From the IMG/VR virus record IMGVR_UViG_3300016664_000053: a stretch of DNA of 37,522 nt. One strand, written 5' to 3'. The translations under genes and the position numbers were made by a program. Every line of letters begins with the position of its first letter. Position 1 is the first letter of the stretch. The notes beneath the pieces are model-generated. The model was not told the origin of the DNA, made no database searches, and was given only the letters and a program-made list of their open reading frames with translations. Source of the DNA: a virus. Below, piece after piece: positions 6,928 to 14,385 of the stretch.

Positions 6928-7787
6928 TTGACCACCCAGTAACTTGATGCATTGCCGCGCCATTTCTCAAGATCGGCGTTTGGCAGAAGGTCTTTCACCG
7001 CCTTGGCATAGGCAATCGCTCCGGCGCGTTCCGTTTTTGTCAGCCTGCGCCCGGCGATGATGGCATCTTTTTCGCCCGCGATGCGCACCAGATCGGCAAG
7101 CAGTTCCTTCTTGCGCGCCTCGGCATTTTCAATTGCCTCGCAAATCTGGTCATATTCCGCCATGACGCGGTGCGCCTCTGGCGTGTCAATGACGTTGCGC
7201 TTTGGCTCTAGGTGGATTGCCGGGTTTTCGCGTTCCGCCAAGTATTCAGCGTAAAACTGGCGAAGCTTTGGCAGGTTTTCATCGCGCCAATCTTCGCTGG
7301 CATACATCCTTTCCAGCATCGTGCCGCGCGGCGACCATTGGTAAAAATGCCACCAGTCGCGTTCCGTGACCCAAAGCGAAAACTGCACTTGGTCATAATA
7401 ATGCGGCTGGTCAAATATTGACTTGAAGGCTGGCGTTTCGTCTTTTCTCAGACCAAATGGGCACTTGATTTCAATGCCTCCGTCGATGCCGATCAGACCA
7501 TCCGGGCTGCATCCTGCCCAATCTTCGCGCGTGACAAAGCCCACGGCTTCAACATCCTCGCCCGTTTCCATGATGTATTCGGTAAGCGCGCCTGCCTCGT
7601 TTCGCGTTCCGTATTCGGTGGCAATGTTGCCTTCGAATTCGGATGGAGCGCCGTGCCATTCCCGCACCATGCGGCGCATTACATCTGCGCGCGTTGCATA
7701 TGGCGCATTGCCAAGAATTGCGCCAACTTGGCTTGCCGTGATCCGGCCTTTGCGCGCTTGATACCAAGCATCTGTTCTTTGTTCCAT
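6924..7787 (-). CDS. YqaJ-like (lambda Exo-type) recombination exonuclease
   Basis: ORF 6924..7799 (TTG), trimmed to ATG 7787 with GGAG upstream. N-terminal TDAWYQARKGRITASQVGAILG is the typical YqaJ signature. Confidence 0.8.
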   Translation of the reverse strand: MEQRTDAWYQARKGRITASQVGAILGNAPYATRADVMRRMVREWHGAPSEFEGNIATEYGTRNEAGALTEYIMETGEDVEAVGFVTREDWAGCSPDGLIGIDGGIEIKCPFGLRKDETPAFKSIFDQPHYYDQVQFSLWVTERDWWHFYQWSPRGTMLERMYASEDWRDENLPKLRQFYAEYLAERENPAIHLEPKRNVIDTPEAHRVMAEYDQICEAIENAEARKKELLADLVRIAGEKDAIIAGRRLTKTERAGAIAYAKAVKDLLPNADLEKWRGNASSYWVVK

Positions 7788-7891
7788 ATCCGGCTCCAAC
7801 CGTGTATTGTCAAAATTGCCCGCGCCGTTGCCTCTGAATGCTCAGGGTAATCGGCTCCAACCTTCAACGGCGCGGGCGTCCCGTTTGTGAC

Positions 7892-8515
7892 TTAAAACGG
7901 GATATCGTCGTCCAGCCCGCCGATTGCAGGCTTTGCATAGCCGCCACCGCCGAAGTCATCACGAGCGGCAGGTGCAGCGCCGCCGTTTGGCAAAGGCTTG
8001 GCTTCGGCAACGTGCAAGTCCTTTGCGCCTTTCGGAGCAACAGCGCTGACCCAGTTGCCGTGCATCATGCCGCCGTTGCGCGTGTCGGGCATGGAATAGA
8101 CCATCATCGTCACCACCATCGGCTTGTTGCTCAGGTGCAGAAGGTCATCGCTTGACGGAATACCCTGCTTTGCAGTCAGTTTGCCGCCCGCGTTTGCGTC
8201 TATGGCAGCAAGCATTTTGCGCGCCTTGTCGCGCTTTTTGATGGCTGCGTCTTGATCCTTTGCCGCCGGGTCAAGGTCAGTGACCCACAGCTTGTGGAAA
8301 ACCTTGCGATTTTTGTATTGCTCCGGCGCAAGAACCGTCCAGCGCGCGGAAATGAATTCCTCGAAGGTGTTTTGCTTCTTGTCCCATTTGATCTCGTCGA
8401 TCATCGCCAGCACGGAAGACCCAGCCGGGATCGGTTCCATCGTGCCGCCTGGAACCTCATATGATCCGCCCGTATCCTTGGCCGTTTGGCCGTCACTCAA
8501 ATCCCAAAATGACAT
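7892..8515 (-). CDS. Phage single-strand DNA-binding-like protein (recalled as DUF669-type) with a canonical SSB acidic tip
   Basis: ORF track entry. The C-terminus ...GGLDDDIPF is identical to the E. coli SSB tail motif DDDIPF. Preceded by a Gly-rich linker. AAGGAAGG RBS. Confidence 0.7.
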   Translation of the reverse strand: MSFWDLSDGQTAKDTGGSYEVPGGTMEPIPAGSSVLAMIDEIKWDKKQNTFEEFISARWTVLAPEQYKNRKVFHKLWVTDLDPAAKDQDAAIKKRDKARKMLAAIDANAGGKLTAKQGIPSSDDLLHLSNKPMVVTMMVYSMPDTRNGGMMHGNWVSAVAPKGAKDLHVAEAKPLPNGGAAPAARDDFGGGGYAKPAIGGLDDDIPF

Positions 8516-8518
8516 TGT

Positions 8519-9337
8519 TTAGCCTTCCTTTTGTTCTGTTGTGGTAAGTGCAGGCGCAGGCGTTTTGCCGCCAAGCGCAGGAATGACGCGCGCCAGTGGG
8601 TTTTCGCCAAGCCTATATTCAAGCGGCTCAGTGATATTAAAGCGGTTCTTGCTGACATTTGCCGCGACGGCATGGCAGACCATTTCAAGGTCGCCTGTGC
8701 TGATGGCTTTCTTGCGGTCACCCTCGTCTCCCTTTGTGTAGGTGACAAGACGCAGGAAGCCTACCACGTCAACATCATCGGTATAGGGCGGCTGTGACTT
8801 TGTGGGCAGGCGCAGCGTCCAGCGCATGTAGTCGTCAACGTCCGGCAGCTTGAGCGTTTCCACATCGGCATGAGCCACGAAAACAACGTGCATACCGCGC
8901 TTTTCGTTTGCCAGCCCTGCGCCCTTGCGCACGCGCTGGTGCATTGCCGCCACCGCAGCCGTTCCAGCGCCGTATCCGCCCAGTGCCTGATTGATAGACT
9001 TTGCCTTCGGGTCTTGCGCCAATACATCGGCCACGAAAAGCCGTTCCAGCGCCGTAACGCTGTCAATGACTAGCGTTTGGTAATCGTGCGGCTCGTGAAT
9101 GATTGCCGTGATCTGTTCCCAAAGTTGCGCCGTGTTTTGCAAGAGTGGAAAAGCATCTGGCCGACGATCCGCAGGAATGGCCTGCATCCCATCTTCCGCG
9201 CGAATGAAGATCGGCTTCGGGAATGCAGCTGCAAGGCTGGTCTTGCCGCGCCCTGCATCGCCGCAGATCGTCACCATAACGGGACGGTCTACAGGCTTGC
9301 GGGCCTGTTCCATGATTGACATGGACTTTCCTTTCAT
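8519..9337 (-). CDS. Sak4-like RecA-fold AAA ATPase (recombination mediator)
   Basis: ORF track entry. Walker A ICGDAGRGKTS and Walker B-like LVIDSV. Start is ambiguous (9337, 9322 or 9313). Confidence 0.75.
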   Translation of the reverse strand: MKGKSMSIMEQARKPVDRPVMVTICGDAGRGKTSLAAAFPKPIFIRAEDGMQAIPADRRPDAFPLLQNTAQLWEQITAIIHEPHDYQTLVIDSVTALERLFVADVLAQDPKAKSINQALGGYGAGTAAVAAMHQRVRKGAGLANEKRGMHVVFVAHADVETLKLPDVDDYMRWTLRLPTKSQPPYTDDVDVVGFLRLVTYTKGDEGDRKKAISTGDLEMVCHAVAANVSKNRFNITEPLEYRLGENPLARVIPALGGKTPAPALTTTEQKEG

Positions 9338-9389
9338 GTGGTGGGGGCTTCCCCCGCGCCTGGCCGGGGCAGGCTCTCAACCCGGCCCG

Positions 9390-9422
9390 TTGACAATAGC
9401 GCGAGCATTGTGCAAGGGTCAA
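9390..9422. promoter_or_regulatory. Candidate back-to-back early promoters/operator: TTGACA (9390-9395) and inverted GGTCAA (9417-9422)
   Basis: The leftward reading gives TTGACC-17 nt-CTATTG. The rightward TTGACA has a poor -10. Lies between the divergent Sak4 and XRE genes. Confidence 0.35.
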
Positions 9423-9455
9423 TGGGCAAAACGCACAAAATATGGGGCGCAAGAA

Positions 9456-9635
9456 ATGATGACACTGGACCAGATCAAGTGGCAGCTACAGGACAGAAAG
9501 CTAGATGTTGTTTCAAGGGCCACGGAAATTCACCGCAACACCCTGGCCGCGATACGCGACGGAAAGAACGAAAACCCGTCTTACACGGTCCTGCGCAAGC
9601 TGTCCGACTACTTCCTTGCGCGCGGTATTTCGTAA
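9456..9635 (+). CDS. XRE/Cro-like HTH transcriptional regulator (59 aa)
   Basis: ORF 9099..9635 trimmed to ATG 9456: MMTLDQIKWQLQDRKLDVVSRATEIHRNTLAAIRDGKNENPSYTVLRKLSDYF, a classic HTH_XRE pattern. Confidence 0.7.
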   Translation: MMTLDQIKWQLQDRKLDVVSRATEIHRNTLAAIRDGKNENPSYTVLRKLSDYFLARGIS

Positions 9636-10108
9636 TGCACGATCCAGACTTTCCGCCGCCCGCATATGTGCTGGACATGCCCATCGCCGATGCGGTAACG
9701 CGCGCCCGCGAGGCATATGAAGCCAGCCCGGAGTTTGCCGCAGTCAAGATGCAGCATGTGACTGACCGCGCGATTGGCGTTCTGGACGGGCTGGCAAGTC
9801 ATGACGCGCAGGCCGTGGCATGGGCCTGCTATGACTGGCTGGTGATGAACGAGGCGGGGCTTCCGGCGCTTGACGCTTTGGACGGTCGCGCGCGCGATGA
9901 TGCGCGTTTTTGGGCAGAGACTGCCACGCCTCCCGAGTTGGAGTTTTACGCCTTGGCCGCTATCGATCGGTTGAACGGCATGAGCGGTGGACATGCGCTA
10001 TTTGCGGGAAAGCAGATCAAGCGCCTCGCGGCTGGCTTGTTTCGCCGCATGTCGCCAGAAGAGCGCGCGGCATTCAAGAATTGGATAGGGGGCCTTGGCG
10101 ATGAGTGA
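9635..10108 (+). CDS. Hypothetical protein (157 aa)
   Basis: ORF 9338..10108 trimmed to ATG 9635 (TAATG overlap with the XRE stop): MHDPDFPPPAYVLDMPIADAV... Confidence 0.55.
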   Translation: MHDPDFPPPAYVLDMPIADAVTRAREAYEASPEFAAVKMQHVTDRAIGVLDGLASHDAQAVAWACYDWLVMNEAGLPALDALDGRARDDARFWAETATPPELEFYALAAIDRLNGMSGGHALFAGKQIKRLAAGLFRRMSPEERAAFKNWIGGLGDE

Positions 10109-11600
10109 CCATGATTTCAGCGATTTTGAAGAAGGCTATCGCGGGGCCAAGTTCGGGCAGTCTGCGGGCTATTCCAGCGATGACTTTACCGCCGATGACT
10201 TCGCGCCTCCCGCGCCGGAAGCGCCGGAACGCAATGACCGCTTTCCCCCGCCGTTTTCGCTGGACGGTGTGGACCTGCTAACGCCTCCAGGCTTTGTTGG
10301 CGACGTTGCCGCATGGATTGACAGCCAATGCCGCTATCCGCGCCGCAGGCTGGCCGTGGCGTCTGCTTTGGTGACGGTGGGCAACATTGGTGGCCTTCGC
10401 CACGAGGACGCGCGGGACGGCGTAACGGCGAACATGCTGGCCTTTTGCGTTGCGGCATCTGCCACGGGCAAGGAAGCAGTCATGCAGGCTTGCACGGATC
10501 TGCACATCGCCGCCGGGGTGCATTACGCTTTGCAGGGCGGCATCAAGTCCGAGCAGGAGATCATGCGCAACCTGATCGAGCATCAGGCGGCATATTACAT
10601 CATCGACGAGATCGGCATCTTTCTGATCAAGGTTAGGAACGCCCAGCGCCGTGGCGGTGCCGCGTATCTGGAAAGTGTTTTCGGCGCGATTATGTCGGGC
10701 TATTCCAAGGCCAATAGCCGGATGCTTTTGCAAGGCGACGTAAAGCGCGATCTGCGCAAGGTATACGGCGGGATGCTTGGCAAGGCCGAGGATGAGGGCC
10801 GCACGGATCAAGCAGAGCGGGCCAAGCGAATGCTGCGCATGGTTGACGAGGGGCTAGAGCGGCCTTTCTTGTCCGTTGTGGGGTTTACCACGCCTGGAAC
10901 ATTCGACCAGATCATGGACGGCGAGACTGCCACGCAAGGCTTTGTGGGCCGCGCGATCATCGTGGCCGAGACGGACAATAACCCGGAGGAAAGAGAGGGG
11001 TTTCGCAAGCGGCCTATGCCGGAAGGCTTGGCAATGAAGCTGGCTCAGATTTTCCATGGCGGAAACTTCAACATCATGGAAGCGCAAGGCGCGCGCATTG
11101 AATACGCGGGCGACCGTGAGCCTGTCACCACATCGGATGAGGCAAGCGCGATGCTGAAGCAGGTCAGCAAGTGGCTACACGCCTATGCTGATGAAATGGG
11201 CGAGCATACGGGAGAGGCATCGGTGGCGATGATCCGCAGGGCCTATGAACTGATTGCCAAGATCAGCTTTATCCTAGCGATACCCACAGGCCATAGGACG
11301 CCGGATCATGTTCGATGGGCCTTTGCCTATGTGCGCGCCGAACTGGACGCCAAGATCAAGCTGGTATTTGCCAATGACAACGGCAGGGACAGGCCAGAAG
11401 AGGCTATTGCGGCCCGTGTGGTGAACTACATTGACCCGGACAAAGGCGCGTCTGTGAAGGTGCTGGCAAACCGCATGAAGATGAAGTCAGAGGCGTTGAT
11501 CCCGATACTTGCGAAAATGGCATCGCTTGGGATGATCCGCGAGGAGGCCGTTCCAAAGCCGAGACGTGGCCAGAGCGCGACCGTCTGGAAGATCGTGTAG
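10095..11600 (+). CDS. Putative replication protein, P-loop-like (recalled as DUF3987 / phage primase-helicase C-terminal type)
   Basis: ORF track entry. AASATGKE (imperfect Walker A) and YYIIDEIGIF (Walker B-like). Followed by an AT-rich region. Confidence 0.55.
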   Translation: MAMSDHDFSDFEEGYRGAKFGQSAGYSSDDFTADDFAPPAPEAPERNDRFPPPFSLDGVDLLTPPGFVGDVAAWIDSQCRYPRRRLAVASALVTVGNIGGLRHEDARDGVTANMLAFCVAASATGKEAVMQACTDLHIAAGVHYALQGGIKSEQEIMRNLIEHQAAYYIIDEIGIFLIKVRNAQRRGGAAYLESVFGAIMSGYSKANSRMLLQGDVKRDLRKVYGGMLGKAEDEGRTDQAERAKRMLRMVDEGLERPFLSVVGFTTPGTFDQIMDGETATQGFVGRAIIVAETDNNPEEREGFRKRPMPEGLAMKLAQIFHGGNFNIMEAQGARIEYAGDREPVTTSDEASAMLKQVSKWLHAYADEMGEHTGEASVAMIRRAYELIAKISFILAIPTGHRTPDHVRWAFAYVRAELDAKIKLVFANDNGRDRPEEAIAARVVNYIDPDKGASVKVLANRMKMKSEALIPILAKMASLGMIREEAVPKPRRGQSATVWKIV

Positions 11601-11688
11601 GGCCTGACCATCGCAGCGCCAAACATGCTTTAGCGCTAACGTCACAAACGCACAAAAGACACAGAAATGCGCCTTTGCGCGCGTTTTT

Positions 11689-11975
11689 GTTTTGCCTTGG
11701 CAAAACTCAATATCCGATATCGCGCTCAATATCTCTTAAGATAACATTGCAAGCCATTGAAAGCAAAAGCGAATCTCGGTTCGTTACACGTTAGAACGGA
11801 TTTCCCTACATAAGACATATTCATCTAGGGCCAGAGGGTGTCCTATAGGGGGTTTGGGTAAAGAAATATAAGTATCATCATAATACTATTATCTATTGAT
11901 CTCTAAAAGACCTTAAAAAACAAAGGCTTAGCCAGTATCGCGATCCGATAATGAAAGGATATTGGGATAATGGAT
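11689..11975. other. AT-rich ori-like region with an 18-nt perfect palindrome and short iteron-like repeats
   Basis: gttttgccttggcaaaac (11689-11706). ctcaatatc occurs twice (11706-14, 11725-33). gataat(g) repeats at 11946 and 11964. Very AT-rich core at 11860-11920. Sits directly after the replication gene. Confidence 0.35.
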
Positions 11976-11988
11976 TTTCGGGGTGCGA

Positions 11989-12201
11989 ATGACTTTGCAA
12001 ACCAAGCTTCGCAGCATTGCAGTGGCGTTGTGCCAAGCCTCATGCCACAGTCGCGCCATGACACAAGACACACTCCCACCGCACATCGCCGCCGAACTCG
12101 CGCAGATCGGCATCGTCGCCAAACCAGCAGCCAAGCCACCGCGCCCAACCTTCGCGCCAGGCTGGAAGCCCACGCATCCGCAGGACGAATGCCCGTTCTG
12201 A
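11989..12201 (+). CDS. Possible small protein (70 aa), uncertain
   Basis: ORF track 11983..12201. GC-rich third codon positions by eye (about 70% by my count) but a weak RBS. Flanked by the 15-nt direct repeat tgactttgcaaacca (11990-12004, 12199-12213). Confidence 0.3.
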   Translation: MTLQTKLRSIAVALCQASCHSRAMTQDTLPPHIAAELAQIGIVAKPAAKPPRPTFAPGWKPTHPQDECPF

Positions 12202-12225
12202 CTTTGCAAACCATGCTTTGCAATG
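11990..12225 (+). promoter_or_regulatory. Cluster of TTTGCAAA-type palindromes and two exact ACTTTGCAAACCA 13-mers upstream of the rightward late/middle genes
   Basis: TTTGCAAA at 11994-12001 and 12203-12210. TTTGCAAT at 12218-12225. Confidence 0.4.
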
Positions 12226-12357
12226 TTGCACTTGCCCGCGCCGCGCCACGCGGTATGGTGCAAAGGCTGGCCTAGCCCGACGGGGCGAACAGCAAAGGCT
12301 TCCTCCCCTGCGCCCGGCCAGCGCTTCACACAACAGGGAGGACCAAATGGAGGAACT

Positions 12358-12564
12358 ATGTTCCACACAATCGACCGCAGGCCCGAGACCGTCCAGAAAT
12401 TGGGCTGGCCAGCCATTGAAGCGCACAGCCTGCTCGCAGCCGCAAAAGGCCGCGCCGCAGCAGATACAGGCATTCACCGCATTACCACCGCAGACGCCCG
12501 CCGCCTTGTAAAGCTGCACTACGGCCTGACGCTAGAACAGGCGCTGGAACGGGGGCTGGTGTGA
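12358..12564 (+). CDS. Hypothetical protein (68 aa)
   Basis: ORF 12223..12564 trimmed to ATG 12358 (GGAGGA RBS): MFHTIDRRPETVQKLGW... GTGATG overlap with the methylase start. Confidence 0.55.
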   Translation: MFHTIDRRPETVQKLGWPAIEAHSLLAAAKGRAAADTGIHRITTADARRLVKLHYGLTLEQALERGLV

Positions 12565-13304
12565 TGGACTTCGCCGCAATCATCGCCAAGGGAGGGCCGT
12601 GGAAGCAAGCGCGCATTATCGGCGGGCAGTTGCTTATTCAGGGAGATTGCCGCGATGTGATGGCGGCGCTGCCAAAGGTGCATGCAGTGCTAACTGATCC
12701 GCCGTATGGGATAAAAAGGGACAGGGGTATGGGTGGCGGTGGATTTGGCCTTACTGGTTCGAGAACGAATGTTCTGCGGCGTTACGAGGGCGGATGGGAT
12801 GCAGAGCGTCCAGCGCCTAAAATCATTCATGATATGTGTTTGATTGCAGGACAAGCAATCATTTGGGGCGGGCAATTTTTCGCAGACATTTTGCCAGTCC
12901 AAGGTAAGTGGCTTTTTTGGGACAAATGTCAGACGATGCCAAGCTATGGAGACGGGGAACTTGCTTGGACAAACTTGAATGGGGATGCAGTCAAAAAATT
13001 CACATATAGCGGCAATGGACTGATGGCAAAAGAAAAGGACCGCCAACACCCCACCCAAAAGCCCGTTGCCCTTATGGAATGGTGCCTCGGCTTTCTGACA
13101 GATGCCCGCACTATTCTTGACCCATTCATGGGCAGCGGGACAACACTTGTCGCCTGTCAGCGTTTGGGCCGTAACGGCATCGGTATCGAACTTGACCCAG
13201 ATTATTACGAAATCGCCTGCCGCCGCGTTCAAGAGGTTGTCAACAGCCCGCCCCTATTCACGCCAGAACCCCCTAAGCCCGTGCAGCACGGCTTTGACCT
13301 CTAG
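12561..13304 (+). CDS. Beta-class DNA methyltransferase (DPPY; N6-adenine or N4-cytosine)
   Basis: ORF track entry. Motif IV LTDPPYGI is N-terminal and motif I DPFMGSGTT is C-terminal. The central third is visibly AT-richer. Confidence 0.85.
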   Translation: MMDFAAIIAKGGPWKQARIIGGQLLIQGDCRDVMAALPKVHAVLTDPPYGIKRDRGMGGGGFGLTGSRTNVLRRYEGGWDAERPAPKIIHDMCLIAGQAIIWGGQFFADILPVQGKWLFWDKCQTMPSYGDGELAWTNLNGDAVKKFTYSGNGLMAKEKDRQHPTQKPVALMEWCLGFLTDARTILDPFMGSGTTLVACQRLGRNGIGIELDPDYYEIACRRVQEVVNSPPLFTPEPPKPVQHGFDL

Positions 13305-13313
13305 GAACATCAC

Positions 13314-13766
13314 ATGACCCAACTCGACCTCATCCCGCCTCCCGCACCGCCCGCGCCTTTCCAGATCGGCGACATGCGCTTTGCATTCCTAACCCGCAAG
13401 CGCCCGTCCGAAGACATTGAGGCGTATATCGCACGAGACTGGCGGCATCGCGTCAAGCAAGAGCGGCACCAGTTTCTTGCAGCCAACCGGGGCGGTTTCG
13501 TCAATCCAGCCCTGGCCGAGACTAAACAGCGCCAAGCCGAAGCGATCTGGGATAACCACTGGCGGCAAATCCAGACAGTCCTATCCGATGGCCGCGAACT
13601 ACCACTGCGCGAGATCATCCGCGCCACCGGAACAGACAAGATCAAATCGCAAATGGCCTACATCGCCAAGCTCGCCAAAGAGGGAAAGCTAATCCGCCGG
13701 GAGGTTCGGCAAGGCGGCATCAGGTTCTTCGTGTATCGCTTGCCGGAGGAAGGGGGCGAAGAATGA
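13314..13766 (+). CDS. Hypothetical protein with C-terminal winged-helix-like segment
   Basis: ORF track entry: ...LREIIRATGTDKIKSQMAYIAKLAKEGKLIRREVRQGGIRFFVYRL. Confidence 0.6.
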   Translation: MTQLDLIPPPAPPAPFQIGDMRFAFLTRKRPSEDIEAYIARDWRHRVKQERHQFLAANRGGFVNPALAETKQRQAEAIWDNHWRQIQTVLSDGRELPLREIIRATGTDKIKSQMAYIAKLAKEGKLIRREVRQGGIRFFVYRLPEEGGEE

Positions 13767-14224
13767 GCAAAGCCGAACAAATCGCAGCCCTGGCCGATGG
13801 CGCACGGTCCCGCGACGAAATCCGCCAAGCGCTGGGCATGTCCTGGTCTTCCTTCCGCCACCATGCCGCCCGGGCCAAAGCCGAAGGCATGACGATTGCC
13901 TTCCGCAAGGTCTATCTCAACAATGCACCGCTCTGGCAGCGCGTGGCGGACGCTCTAGAGCGCGATCCCACACTAACAGGGCCAGAGATAGCCCAGATGC
14001 TACAAGCCAACAGGGCGAGCATTTCAAGCGCAGTAAAGCAGGCCAGAGGTCATGGCCGGGAAGTCTACCTTCCTAACGTGGTCAGACATGGCGACAACAT
14101 CGCAAACGGCCTGCCGCGCCAAGTGAAGGCATGGCTTGACGCGCAAATCCCACAAGGATCATCACGCGCTGAAATCATCCGGGCGATCATTCTGGATGCC
14201 TACCATGAGGATATTGGAGAATGA
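13763..14224 (+). CDS. Hypothetical DNA-binding protein with two HTH-like segments (candidate regulator or packaging-site binder)
   Basis: ORF track entry. SRDEIRQALGMSWSSFRHHAARAK and TGPEIAQMLQANRASISSAVKQAR. ATGA overlaps on both sides. Confidence 0.55.
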   Translation: MSKAEQIAALADGARSRDEIRQALGMSWSSFRHHAARAKAEGMTIAFRKVYLNNAPLWQRVADALERDPTLTGPEIAQMLQANRASISSAVKQARGHGREVYLPNVVRHGDNIANGLPRQVKAWLDAQIPQGSSRAEIIRAIILDAYHEDIGE

Positions 14225-14385
14225 ACCTATCCCCCATGGACTTTATCCGCGCCGCACTCGCGCAGGCTATCCACGAAAACCTCACGATTGACGATCTTGT
14301 CGCCTGCGCGGAAAACGCCGCATCCGTCCAAGGCTTTGCAGACGCGGTAAACATCTTGGCGACAATGAAGGAGCAAAAGACATGA
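14221..14385 (+). CDS. Hypothetical small protein (54 aa)
   Basis: Own translation: MNLSPMDFIRAALAQAIHENLTIDDLVACAENAASVQGFADAVNILATMKEQKT*. ATGA overlaps at both ends. Too short for the ORF track. Confidence 0.45.
   Translation: MNLSPMDFIRAALAQAIHENLTIDDLVACAENAASVQGFADAVNILATMKEQKT

Noticed and set aside
11866-11900. dif-like XerCD site (catcATAAtactaTTATctat) in the AT-rich island as an integrase-independent attachment site.
   Set aside because: The central spacer is 5 nt rather than 6, the outer arms do not resemble XerC/XerD binding arms, and such a match is easily produced by chance in AT-rich DNA.
12347-12511. Alternative ORF MEELCSTQSTAGPRPSRNWAGQ... with a strong GGGAGG RBS, overlapping 12358..12564.
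   Set aside because: The translation is low-complexity and Pro/Gln/Ala-rich. The competing frame gives a balanced protein, has its own GGAGGA RBS, and is translationally coupled (GTGATG) to the methylase.
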